Of a DNA stretch of 64,000 bases, positions 54,049 through 64,000 are shown piece by piece. The stretch's first letter is position 1, and every line of letters starts with the position of its first letter. The position numbers and the translations under genes were made by a program. The stretch comes from a virus. Lineage: Duplodnaviria; Caudoviricetes. The stretch spans positions 1 to 64,000 of the IMG/VR virus record IMGVR_UViG_3300021431_000113, one strand, 5' to 3'. A model generated the notes under the pieces. It was not told where the DNA came from. It did no database searches and saw nothing but the letters and a program-made list of their open reading frames with translations.

Positions 54049-57000
54049 ATGACGCATATTGATAATTCACAGAATATGTCTGTTGAACAAGTTAAAGAAC
54101 ATTTAACTAATTTAATTAATAAGCAAGCTAAAAAAGTTGCTTCAGAAGGCAATTATGATAGAACTATTTTAGCTACAATTCAATATTGTTCTAATGCAGT
54201 TTTAGGTCAATATAAAATTAAATATCAAAATGGATATTATTCTGCATATGCTTTAGACACTACTGTTAAATACAGTAATGGTGCGGCTGTGTATGTAACA
54301 GTGCCTGGAAATGATTTAAGTAATCGTTTATTTATTCAAGGTCTTGCTACAAATGATAGTACACAAAAAACATATTTGACAAACCTTGAAGGTGATCAGC
54401 AATATGTTACAACAGGACCAAACATAATCAACAGTATTATCTATGATAATGGTGATAATTTTGGTTTGTCTAGCTATTGGGACATGACTGAGGGTAGAGA
54501 AGTAACATATTACAATTATGATTGGATAAATGACCCAGAGCAGTTTCAAAATAATAAAATAACTTTATTAGATATTGGACAAATAACTCACTCTATTCGT
54601 AATGGAGATGGTTTTATTCGTTTTGGCGGTGATTTTAAAACAAATTTACCTAACGAAAGAAAATTACAAGGTGATTATGGTATTAGATTAGTTCTTGTTT
54701 TTGATAAGATTGATCCTATAACGCAAGAAGCTACAGAATATACAGAAACATATGAATTGAATACTTTTAGGATGGATGGTACTCCATTTGAATTTAATGA
54801 ATATGCTTCTCGATATGAATATTTTGAAATAGATAAAGAGAATTTTAAACGTATCCAATCTATATCTGCTTTTGTAACTGGTTTTCCGCAAGGAATACAA
54901 CCAAGTGATACCTATAGAGATATTTTTATAAAGAATATTAGTTTATATTCTGCATTAAAGATGTATGATGCAGTTGCTAACGATGATTATGTTGTAAAAG
55001 TATTAACACCTAAAGGTACTTCATTTGGATTAGACGATTCTATTAGTTCTCTTCCTCTTGAAGCATTATTTACTGTTAGAGGTAATGAAGTTGAACCTTC
55101 ACAAAATGTTCAATATTTTTGGGCGAAAAAGAATATTAATGTAAAAAGTGTTGGAGATCCTAAGTATTTACATTATTTTGGTGCGGGATGGCAATGTTTA
55201 AATAAATCTGAAATAACTCGCACAAACAAAGAAGAAATAACAGAAGAAGATTTAAAAAATTATATAATTGATTCCACTGATTATCCATCAGGATATGTTG
55301 GCGTATTACATTGGTTGAGTTCACAAAAAATCAACATACAAAAAGAGTTATGTTTAGGTAGACAAACTACTATAAAATGTTGTGTTGTTTATGAAAATCA
55401 AATATATTTTAGTAGAGAATATACGATAACTAATTATAATGGATATTATTTAATATTAAACTCTACTAACGGAACTGAGTTTTTTAACGGAAAAGGTTAC
55501 ACTTCTATTATAGCTGGAGTATTTAAAACTGAAGTAGTTGGTTCTGGTGATGCGGCAACATTTAAACCTAATCCAGAACCTTATTCAATTAGTAATAATA
55601 TAGTATATAAATGGGAAATTGTTAATAATGGAGTTACAATAAATCTTCCAACTACAACTTCTTCAATCTTATATAAAAGTCAACCTTTATGGCATTATGA
55701 TGAGGAATTAGGTGGTTTTCAAGATAATATTAAAACTACTGTAAATGAATCTAAAGGATACTTAAATGCTTTAGCTAATAAAACACAAATAAACGTAACA
55801 CTTTTAGAATGTTGTATTGAACGTTTTAATTACTACAATACTTGGATTAACAATTATACGGGAAACACAAGTGCAGCAGATTATGTTAATTCAGTTGAAA
55901 AAAGAAATAACATTGTGAATCATTGGAAAGCCTTTTTAGATGATCAATTTAATGTAGATTTTAAGAATGAATTAGGATTATACGTATTAGGTCCAGCTAA
56001 TGTTACGGCAAAGTATAATGGATACACCACAGAACAATTAAAGTATTTTTATGACAATAACATTGATCCTCTTGAAGCTAACCCAAATCCAGTTGGAATA
56101 GATACTATAACTTATAATTATAGTGACCAACCTTTTGATGAAAATGAGCAAAATACATTATATAATTTTAGGGTTGGAGATATTATCCAGCAAGCAACAA
56201 TAAGAGTTACTGCTTTAGTTAAAGATGGAAATAGTTATGAATCTTTAGAAACCAAAGAGATTTATTTAAATAATAATGAAGGAACTGATTTAAGATATAA
56301 TTTAGAGATTGTTAATGGTAATAATACTTTTCAATATGATGCTGGCGGGCTTGCTCCTAAAATGACAATACGACCATTGAGTTATAGATTATATAGTCAA
56401 GATGGTAGTTTAATTTTGGATAGTGCAGCAGATGACTCTGATATAGTTATAACTAACACTAAACCAAAATGGAGTTTTTATAGAGCATCTAGTTTAATAA
56501 CTACTAAATATAGTGAAGACTTAACCAGTGAGTATTTATATGATCCAGATATACCTGGAAAGGTATCTGTTTTAAATAGAGCAAAATTTGATTTTAACAT
56601 TGCAGAAGAGTATAATGTTAATTATAAAGAAAGAAGTAATATTGAGTTAACAATTACTTATCAAGGTACTCGATATAATGCTTCTACAAATTTCACTTTT
56701 ACAAAACAAGGTGATTTAGGTACTAATGGGACGAATATGGTTCTTGATATACAAGACCCAATCTATGAACAGTATCGTTCAGACGTATTAACAGATAAAA
56801 TGTTTTCAATGATGACGGATGGTTTTGATTCAAAAATATCTTCATCTCCAAATGAAAGACATTTAAAAAATACTTATTTATATGCAACAAGAGTTTATAA
56901 TGATGATGGTGAGGGAAATCCTCAAGAGGCTTTAAGTTTTGATGAAGGTACTTTTTGTAATTTAAAATTTGCACATGGTGTAAACGAAAACCAGGAGTAT

Positions 57001-60000
57001 ACGCCAGATAAACCAAGACACTTTAACGTAGTTGGATCTACTACAACTACATTATATGGTTATTGGTATGAAAATGGAAATCAAACATTAATTAACGGTG
57101 ATAATACATCAAAATGGCAATTAACATATACCGGATTACAAAAAGTTCAAAGTCAACATATTGGAGGTAGAAGTCCAATATACGATTTACCTTCATTCGG
57201 TATATCACCTACCCAAGGTTCATCTACTACTTTAACATTAACCCCGCCGGGTAATTTTGAAGAGGGCGTACCAATCTTTTATAAACCAATGGATGTTATT
57301 TATAGTAAAAATAATATAGATTATCAATGGACTGCAAATAATGTAGTTCAATGTTCAGCTTCTCGAAAAGCTCAAGAACAGATAGATCCAGCGACTGGTA
57401 ACCCTATTATAAGAAGAAATCATGGCTATTATCAAATTCCATTTTTCTTTTATAGTTATTATGAAAATCGAAACGGTGTATACGTAAACGTTACACCTGA
57501 TGATCCTAATAAACCAGAAGGGGCTTTAGACCCCGCCCGTCATTTTGTTATTACTGGTGGTTATGATGAAGTTTTATATGGTGCAGATGGACTTAATCCA
57601 CAATATAACACACAACAACCTTTTACTTTAAATATATTTGATATAGATGGTAACAATATTACTGATACTGTATTTGACAGTAATAATGTTACTGTTACTT
57701 GGAATACTTCATACGGTTTTACTCGTCAACCTGTTGTAATAGGTTCTGTTCCTGCGTATAGTTCTTTTACAAGAGGTAAAAATCTATTTAATACATATTG
57801 TACTTATAATGGTAAAAAATATAAGTGTATTGTTCCTCATACTCCAGACCAGTATGTTGCAATAAGAGATGAAAAAACTAATGAAGTAATTAAAGAATAT
57901 AATAAAAATCCTATAGGAAATAATGATTTTGATTTTATTACTCCTTATTGGGAAGAGGTTACTAATAATTATTTCAAGCGTACTCAGAAGATAACTCCAC
58001 CACCTTCCTATGAAGCTTGTGCTGTTAATAGTTTATTTAATTCATGGGTAAGTGTAAAACTTATTTATGATACTGGAGAAATTAAAATTGAAGCAGCAGC
58101 TTTACTTCCTATCAATATATTATGTAATATGTATGGTTCAGATGAAATCAATGGATGGGATGGTAGAAAAACGGTTGTAGATGATGGTTATATTATTAGT
58201 AATAAGGTTGCAGCTGGTATAAAAGATGATAGTAATGTCTTTACAGGTATTACTATCGGTCAAAAAATGATAACTAATGGAACTACTGATAAAACTGAAG
58301 TTGGTTTATTTGGTTATGGACGATATGCTAATAGTAATGTTGATGGTAGAACCGGTTATGGACAAACTATATTTTTAGATGCTAAGACTGGACTTGCGGC
58401 GTTTGGTCCTCGTGGCTCCACGCAGATTATATTAAATCCTAAAATACCAGCTGAAAATACGATTGAAGAAAGTTGGTCAAGATTAGCTGGTTGGTATTTT
58501 AGTTCAAATTATTTATATAAGCCGTTATGGGCAGATGATAATTATTTATCTAGTACAGATGATAGTGGAAATAGTGATTATTATAATACAAATCCGCCCG
58601 ATGCAGATGGTACAGTAATACCTGGTTCAATAGGTTTTTATGTACCTAGTTCAAAAAAGGCGGGTCAATTAACAAAAGATACAGTCTTTATGTGGGCTTC
58701 TGCAGCAGGTGTTACTTCTTCTTCTTTTGATGACGATGGTAAACTTACTGTTTTACAAGACTTAGTTCGTTCAATAAAAACTTTAATGCAAAGTGAAGGT
58801 TTTCCATTAGTATATCATACAAAAGTTGAGTCAATACAAATTATACCTATAGTTTTAACTAATTCTACTATATCAAACTATACAATGCTCGCTTCTGTCT
58901 ACGAAAGTAGTACACCTGTTATAACTGCTTTAAATGAATATAAAACAAGTTGGTTAGACATGATTGATGCTATTCAAGAAGATGAAGAGGCTCATGATAT
59001 ATATGAAACAATAGTCGGTCAGATTAGCTCAATAAATGATCTCTTTAACGCGCAGCATTTTCCGCTAGTTACACGAGATGGTGTAGTGGTTCGACCTATC
59101 GTTGATGATGGTATCACTATTGAAAATTATCAAGATTTACTTAAGTGGTATGTAAATTCAAACGAACCTAGAGTAACAGCATACTCAGATATGATTGAAA
59201 ATTTAGCTATTAGTTTACAAAACTATGAACGTAATTATTATCAATTAGTTCATTATATGTATCGTACTTTATCAGACTATCCTATTTTAATGGCTCAAAA
59301 ACTTCAGGCTCTTAAAACAGCGATTGAAACTACGGGTATTAGAACAAAAAGTATAAGTACATGGAATATAGATAATCCTTATATATTTATATATAATGCA
59401 GATAAAGTTACCATTGATAATTTTGAAGAAATATCTTTATATTACATTAGACCAGCATATAGTGCCGGAGAAGTTCCAAGAGAAAAACTAAATATACTTA
59501 ATGATAAATTTGGAGATTATCTTGAACTGCATAACGAATACGAAGAATGGAAGGCTAGCTTTGAAGGTCAGGGCGCTGCTATTAGTTATACAGATAGCAA
59601 TTCTAAAAAAATGGATGCTAATTTTTATGTTACTTATGGCGGCAAGATGAAATGTAATAACGCAGAAGTTGCAGGTAAAATTACTGCAAGGTCTGGAGCT
59701 ATTGGAGAAGGAACTAGAGGTACTTTGCAAATAGCTACATATCATTATGACAGTGAGACTCAAAGAAATCAATATTATTTATTATATAACCCTGTATTTC
59801 AAGTTAAAGGTTCTGATGAAGGAACTGCAACTGAGCCTTCTGTATTCATAGATGGTACCATTAGAGCTAAATCTGGTCAGATTGGTAAGACAGGAAACGT
59901 TGATGGAAAGGCTAATGGCACTTTATTTATAGAGTATGCTTGGTATCCATGGAATCTACCGAGTGATAATCAAGGATGGAATAAACTTTATCTTAATGAA

Positions 60001-60864
60001 GATGCTGGTAGAACTAAAAAATATGCTTTATATCATAAAAACTTTTATATTACAGATGACGGAGAAGTTGCTATTGGTTTAGATAAAAAAGCAAAAATAT
60101 ACACTAAAGAAGGTCGTATTGGTGATTGGGTTATAACCACACATGAATTAAGAGATATTAAACAACATATTGTATTAGACCCAGCAGATACTAATAATCC
60201 TGATAATGCAAGAGCATCTCAAATTAAACTTGGTCATAATCCATCAAGCAATACTTGGAATTTAAAATTAATAGGTGATGGTTCTATTGAAGGACCGGAT
60301 TGGAGTATAACTGCTGGCGGAGTAGCTACTTTTTCAAATTCAAATAATGAATTTACTTGTAAAGTAATACATATGGGTAGTTCAACCTTAACTGAGGGGA
60401 ATTGGGATTTACCTGCTGATTCAAGAATTAAATGGGGTAATCAAACTCTTAGTATTAATGCAAACGGATTTAATTTTAGCGGTTCTGCTTCATTTACTGG
60501 TCATGTTAATTTTGAAGATGATATAAATCTTAATAGCGGTAAAAAAATTACTGTTAGTAATACAGCAGTAGTGGCTGGTGATCATATATATTTTACAAGT
60601 GGCTATGGATTTTATGGTAATGGTAATGCGAAATTTGGAACTACTGAATTTGGAACTAATTCTATTACAAGTGTTGGAAATATTACATCTAGTGGAGAAG
60701 TATCTGCAAATGTAATAAGAGGAAACTCTATTTATATTGGAAATCAAAGTTTAACAGCTTATATACAATCTGTTGTTCAAAGCATGACATTTAGTTTAAG
60801 TGGAACTACTGGATATGAACAACAAGATGGTTCTCATCACTATCACAATGTTACAGTTTCATAA
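54049..60864 (+). CDS. large tail tip/fibre-like protein, 2271 aa
   Basis: After tape measure; Y/N/T-rich beta domains and Gly-rich C-terminal repeats (G.I.A.SG.IG). Confidence 0.65.
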   Translation: MTHIDNSQNMSVEQVKEHLTNLINKQAKKVASEGNYDRTILATIQYCSNAVLGQYKIKYQNGYYSAYALDTTVKYSNGAAVYVTVPGNDLSNRLFIQGLATNDSTQKTYLTNLEGDQQYVTTGPNIINSIIYDNGDNFGLSSYWDMTEGREVTYYNYDWINDPEQFQNNKITLLDIGQITHSIRNGDGFIRFGGDFKTNLPNERKLQGDYGIRLVLVFDKIDPITQEATEYTETYELNTFRMDGTPFEFNEYASRYEYFEIDKENFKRIQSISAFVTGFPQGIQPSDTYRDIFIKNISLYSALKMYDAVANDDYVVKVLTPKGTSFGLDDSISSLPLEALFTVRGNEVEPSQNVQYFWAKKNINVKSVGDPKYLHYFGAGWQCLNKSEITRTNKEEITEEDLKNYIIDSTDYPSGYVGVLHWLSSQKINIQKELCLGRQTTIKCCVVYENQIYFSREYTITNYNGYYLILNSTNGTEFFNGKGYTSIIAGVFKTEVVGSGDAATFKPNPEPYSISNNIVYKWEIVNNGVTINLPTTTSSILYKSQPLWHYDEELGGFQDNIKTTVNESKGYLNALANKTQINVTLLECCIERFNYYNTWINNYTGNTSAADYVNSVEKRNNIVNHWKAFLDDQFNVDFKNELGLYVLGPANVTAKYNGYTTEQLKYFYDNNIDPLEANPNPVGIDTITYNYSDQPFDENEQNTLYNFRVGDIIQQATIRVTALVKDGNSYESLETKEIYLNNNEGTDLRYNLEIVNGNNTFQYDAGGLAPKMTIRPLSYRLYSQDGSLILDSAADDSDIVITNTKPKWSFYRASSLITTKYSEDLTSEYLYDPDIPGKVSVLNRAKFDFNIAEEYNVNYKERSNIELTITYQGTRYNASTNFTFTKQGDLGTNGTNMVLDIQDPIYEQYRSDVLTDKMFSMMTDGFDSKISSSPNERHLKNTYLYATRVYNDDGEGNPQEALSFDEGTFCNLKFAHGVNENQEYTPDKPRHFNVVGSTTTTLYGYWYENGNQTLINGDNTSKWQLTYTGLQKVQSQHIGGRSPIYDLPSFGISPTQGSSTTLTLTPPGNFEEGVPIFYKPMDVIYSKNNIDYQWTANNVVQCSASRKAQEQIDPATGNPIIRRNHGYYQIPFFFYSYYENRNGVYVNVTPDDPNKPEGALDPARHFVITGGYDEVLYGADGLNPQYNTQQPFTLNIFDIDGNNITDTVFDSNNVTVTWNTSYGFTRQPVVIGSVPAYSSFTRGKNLFNTYCTYNGKKYKCIVPHTPDQYVAIRDEKTNEVIKEYNKNPIGNNDFDFITPYWEEVTNNYFKRTQKITPPPSYEACAVNSLFNSWVSVKLIYDTGEIKIEAAALLPINILCNMYGSDEINGWDGRKTVVDDGYIISNKVAAGIKDDSNVFTGITIGQKMITNGTTDKTEVGLFGYGRYANSNVDGRTGYGQTIFLDAKTGLAAFGPRGSTQIILNPKIPAENTIEESWSRLAGWYFSSNYLYKPLWADDNYLSSTDDSGNSDYYNTNPPDADGTVIPGSIGFYVPSSKKAGQLTKDTVFMWASAAGVTSSSFDDDGKLTVLQDLVRSIKTLMQSEGFPLVYHTKVESIQIIPIVLTNSTISNYTMLASVYESSTPVITALNEYKTSWLDMIDAIQEDEEAHDIYETIVGQISSINDLFNAQHFPLVTRDGVVVRPIVDDGITIENYQDLLKWYVNSNEPRVTAYSDMIENLAISLQNYERNYYQLVHYMYRTLSDYPILMAQKLQALKTAIETTGIRTKSISTWNIDNPYIFIYNADKVTIDNFEEISLYYIRPAYSAGEVPREKLNILNDKFGDYLELHNEYEEWKASFEGQGAAISYTDSNSKKMDANFYVTYGGKMKCNNAEVAGKITARSGAIGEGTRGTLQIATYHYDSETQRNQYYLLYNPVFQVKGSDEGTATEPSVFIDGTIRAKSGQIGKTGNVDGKANGTLFIEYAWYPWNLPSDNQGWNKLYLNEDAGRTKKYALYHKNFYITDDGEVAIGLDKKAKIYTKEGRIGDWVITTHELRDIKQHIVLDPADTNNPDNARASQIKLGHNPSSNTWNLKLIGDGSIEGPDWSITAGGVATFSNSNNEFTCKVIHMGSSTLTEGNWDLPADSRIKWGNQTLSINANGFNFSGSASFTGHVNFEDDINLNSGKKITVSNTAVVAGDHIYFTSGYGFYGNGNAKFGTTEFGTNSITSVGNITSSGEVSANVIRGNSIYIGNQSLTAYIQSVVQSMTFSLSGTTGYEQQDGSHHYHNVTVS

Positions 60865-60889
60865 AATAAAAAAAAAGGAGATAAAAGGA

Positions 60890-61132
60890 ATGGAAGAAAG
60901 AGATGTTAATTTAGTCATTGAAGAAGTTAAAACACAGGTAATAAATACTATTAATCAGTCTGGATTACCTATTAGTGTAGTTTATTACATTATGAAAGAT
61001 GTAATGAATGGACTTGATACTACTTATAATGATTATATTAAGCAAGCATATAATAGGGAACAGCAGCAAATGAATAAACCTGCTCCCGAAGAAGAAATGA
61101 CAGAAATAGAACCTTCTATTATTGAGGACTAA
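60890..61132 (+). CDS. small helical hypothetical protein
   Basis: Start reset to MEERDVN by AAGG RBS. Confidence 0.7.
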   Translation: MEERDVNLVIEEVKTQVINTINQSGLPISVVYYIMKDVMNGLDTTYNDYIKQAYNREQQQMNKPAPEEEMTEIEPSIIED

Positions 61133-61199
61133 ACTGATTAAATTAAGAACAAGAAGTTTGATATTATAAAGAGATTTTATAAGGGGGATTACAAGCTAA

Positions 61200-61658
61200 A
61201 TGAATGCACTTATTAATTTACTTACTCAATTTACACTACCTCAAATAATTCTCTTTATAATATTGCTTTTTGTTGCAGTTAAAGAGATTTCAGACTTTGT
61301 AGACTGGGTAAGAGGGAGATTCTCAAAGAGAGATGAAAAGTTAAAAACTGAATATGAAGAAAAAGAAGAAAATGAAGAACGATTAGATAAATTAGAAAAT
61401 AATGTTAATGAATTAACTAAAAAGGTAAACCATATAACAGATAAACTAGATTTACTTATTGACTCTGATAAAGATGCGATTAAAGCATATATCACAAAAG
61501 AACATCATTATTTCTGTTATAAGGTTGGTTGGATTGACGATTACAGCTTAGACTGTTTAGAACATAGATTTGAACATTACAAAGAAGAGGAAGGTAATAG
61601 CTTTATTGAAGGTTTAATGAATGAGCTTCGCGCATTACCTAAAAACACAATAAAATAA
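61200..61658 (+). CDS. holin-like membrane protein
   Basis: N-terminal TM, coiled coil, C-terminal Y...GNSFI motif. Confidence 0.5.
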   Translation: MNALINLLTQFTLPQIILFIILLFVAVKEISDFVDWVRGRFSKRDEKLKTEYEEKEENEERLDKLENNVNELTKKVNHITDKLDLLIDSDKDAIKAYITKEHHYFCYKVGWIDDYSLDCLEHRFEHYKEEEGNSFIEGLMNELRALPKNTIK

Positions 61659-61686
61659 AAATATGAGATAAAAGGAGGATAATGAC

Positions 61687-63432
61687 ATGGCTGTAACAGA
61701 AACAAGGTTGTTTCCGCCAATTATGGCGCCTTATTTACCAGCAAAAAATATTAATTCTGTTAATCAGGGTATTCGTATTACTTTTGATATAAATGAGTTA
61801 AACAACATTACAGATATTAAAGAAATTCATGTTGTTATTACTCGACAATCAGATTATAATTCTTTGTTTAATTCTCGTTTATATCCTTTGGGCATATATC
61901 CTTTTACTATCCAAGAAGGAAGTACTGTATTACAAGATGGATATATTGATATTCCAAGCAGAATTAATCCGCAATCAGAAATATCAGATCCTATTATAAA
62001 TGTAGGCGAGTTAAATTTTAATGAATATTATAAAGTGCAACTAAGATTTTCTCAAGTTGCATGTTGTGGAGATGCCATAGGTTCAGAATTATCTGATATT
62101 TTACTTAATGAGAGTAACATGGCTCAATTTTCAGAATGGTCTTCAGTTAGCGCATTACGTTTTATAGCACCACCTACTTTTATTTTAAGAGGTAATGTTG
62201 CTAATAATGTATTAAATCCTGATGCACAAACTGCACAGATGATAACTGGAAATTTTTTAAGCTTATACGGTAAGTATATTAAAACTGGTACTTACAATAT
62301 TATGGGACAAGCTTTTGATTATTCTGATGATAAAGAGTATTTGTCTAGTTGGACAATAGATGTTTATCAAATTATTGAAGGACAAGATGAATTAAAAATA
62401 ACTAGTGGTCTTCAAGTAGTTAATTATCGTGGTGCAAATATTGACCAAATTCAATATGATATACCATTCTATTTTATGAATAATACTAATTATAAAATAA
62501 CATTAACTATTACTACTGCTAATTTATACACTACTTCTTTTAATTATTTAGTTACAGCAGATTCTAGTGAGAATAGTTGGGGAGACCAGGTTGTATTAAA
62601 TGAATATACTTCTCTTGATAGTGTTATTGGTAAAGTAAATATTAGTTTTGAAACTAAGACTGAACAGACTGTTCCAGCTGGCGGAGATTTAATTATTAGA
62701 CGTGCAGAACGTACAGATAATTTTACTCATTGGGAACAGATATGGCATTATCATTTTAATGAACCTTATCAAACTGATGGAAATCCTATAGTATTTAATG
62801 ATTTCACTATTGAAAGTGGACAAATTTATAAATATAGTGTTGTATATATAACTAGCGGTGGTATCGCCTACAGTATCATTGAGGGTCCAATATTATCTAT
62901 ATTTGACCATGCTTTCTTAACAGGAGAAGGAACTCAATTATGCGTTAAATTTAATCCTAATCTTACAAATATGAAAATTAATGTTTCAGATAATTCGGTT
63001 AATACAGTAGGAGGTCAATACCCTATAATATCAAGAAATGGTAATATGTATTATCGTTCATTTACTTTATCTGGAACTATTGCTTATGAAATGGATGCGG
63101 AGCATCAATTTGCAACCCGCAGTTCAATATATGGAGAATGGATAAGTGTCTATGGTAGTTATTTTGTTAATAGATATATTAATCAATATAATGATAGAAT
63201 TACACAACGAGAATTTAGAGAATTAGTTATTGCTTATTTATACAGCGATCAACCTAAATTATTTAGGTCTACTCCTGAAGGCAATATTTTAGTTCGTTTA
63301 ACTGATATTAATTTAACACCAAATACACAATTGGGTAGAATGATTTATGATTTTAGCTGTACCGCAACTGAAATAGGAGATTGTTCTATTGATAATTATA
63401 AATTATATAAAATTCAAGATTTTGGTGAGTAA
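61687..63432 (+). CDS. tail/baseplate structural protein
   Basis: Ig/FN3-like beta segments; C-terminal GGQYP...YRSFTLSG...FRSTPEGNILVRL. Confidence 0.6.
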   Translation: MAVTETRLFPPIMAPYLPAKNINSVNQGIRITFDINELNNITDIKEIHVVITRQSDYNSLFNSRLYPLGIYPFTIQEGSTVLQDGYIDIPSRINPQSEISDPIINVGELNFNEYYKVQLRFSQVACCGDAIGSELSDILLNESNMAQFSEWSSVSALRFIAPPTFILRGNVANNVLNPDAQTAQMITGNFLSLYGKYIKTGTYNIMGQAFDYSDDKEYLSSWTIDVYQIIEGQDELKITSGLQVVNYRGANIDQIQYDIPFYFMNNTNYKITLTITTANLYTTSFNYLVTADSSENSWGDQVVLNEYTSLDSVIGKVNISFETKTEQTVPAGGDLIIRRAERTDNFTHWEQIWHYHFNEPYQTDGNPIVFNDFTIESGQIYKYSVVYITSGGIAYSIIEGPILSIFDHAFLTGEGTQLCVKFNPNLTNMKINVSDNSVNTVGGQYPIISRNGNMYYRSFTLSGTIAYEMDAEHQFATRSSIYGEWISVYGSYFVNRYINQYNDRITQREFRELVIAYLYSDQPKLFRSTPEGNILVRLTDINLTPNTQLGRMIYDFSCTATEIGDCSIDNYKLYKIQDFGE

Positions 63433-63443
63433 GGAGGTATATT

Positions 63444-64000
63444 ATGAAAAAATATTATCCTTACTTACAAGATTATATCTTTTTAGATAAAATATATACT
63501 CAACAGAATCAAACTACTTTTACTAAAATTACTGTATTAGATTGGGCAGAAAGACCTATTCAAGAAGTTCAAGGTAGAGTACTTTCTGCCTCAATATCAA
63601 TTAATGGAGATTCTTCTGTACGTAGAACCGCCAATTTAAGTATAAAAATACTTGATTATAATGAACTTTATACAAATATTGATAGTTTATTTTCCATTAA
63701 TAAAAAAGTATTTATTGAAACAGGTTTTAAAAACAATATTAGACATTTTGGAGAAGAATATTATCCAGATTATGATATTATTTGGTTCCCTTTAGGCACA
63801 TATGTTATTACTAGTTATAATGTTACACATGATTTAACAGGTATCACTTTAAGTTTAACTCTTAGTGATAAAATGTGTTTATTGAATGGGACAGCGGGAG
63901 GAACTATTCCCGCATCAGTAAACTTTGAATCTTATGATACTCTTGGTCCAGATGGAGATTTACACACTAAATATATTAAAATTAATCGAATTATTCCTGA
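63444..64000 (+). CDS. tail protein, truncated by window end
   Basis: GGAGG RBS, MKKYYPYLQD...GDSSVRRTANL, open to window end. Confidence 0.7.
   Translation, partial: MKKYYPYLQDYIFLDKIYTQQNQTTFTKITVLDWAERPIQEVQGRVLSASISINGDSSVRRTANLSIKILDYNELYTNIDSLFSINKKVFIETGFKNNIRHFGEEYYPDYDIIWFPLGTYVITSYNVTHDLTGITLSLTLSDKMCLLNGTAGGTIPASVNFESYDTLGPDGDLHTKYIKINRIIP

Noticed and set aside
1-64000. Genome-wide stop-codon reassignment
   Set aside because: Long ORFs are intact in code 11 and core genes end cleanly at TAA, TGA or TAG.
1-64000. CRISPR array
   Set aside because: No series of identical 23-50-nt repeats with regular unique spacers; the 10-bp array and operators do not fit.
1-64000. Integrase, transposase, intron or intein
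   Set aside because: No such motifs recognised; terL and other core genes are of ordinary length and uninterrupted.

Overview
64-kb segment of a large, AT-rich tailed phage genome. A Firmicutes/Clostridia-type host is inferred from sigmaA-like TTGACA-N17/18-TATAAT promoters and AGGAGG ribosome-binding sites. Parts: (1) 1-2.7 kb, minus-strand RNA cluster with nine canonical tRNAs, one Glu-bodied tRNA with an ochre (TTA) anticodon, two atypical tRNA-like elements, a tmRNA and structured spacers. (2) 2.7-26.9 kb, early/accessory region of mostly minus-strand small genes, most with their own promoter. It includes a 3D-domain protein, a kinase-like protein, two HAD enzymes, a DEDDh exonuclease, a zincin, four wHTH paralogues, a lone tRNA-Lys and several promoter-terminator units with no credible ORF. 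(3) 26.9-27.6 kb, non-coding switch region with a strictly 10-bp-phased 150-bp array. (4) 28.3-64 kb, plus-strand packaging and siphovirus-type virion module (terminase, portal, protease/scaffold, capsid, neck, tail tube, 2854-aa tape measure, 2271-aa tail protein, holin-like). The most unusual features are non-coding: a ten-copy TGYACAA-N16-TTGTRCA operator between divergent promoters that drive short GC-rich hairpin transcripts, the phased array, two ~340-nt orphan structured RNAs, the ochre-anticodon tRNA, and a tRNA with a cloverleaf-like insert replacing its anticodon arm. All calls were made by eye, with no database searches or folding runs. Several ORF-track starts are TTG codons of -35 boxes and were corrected using RBS positions.
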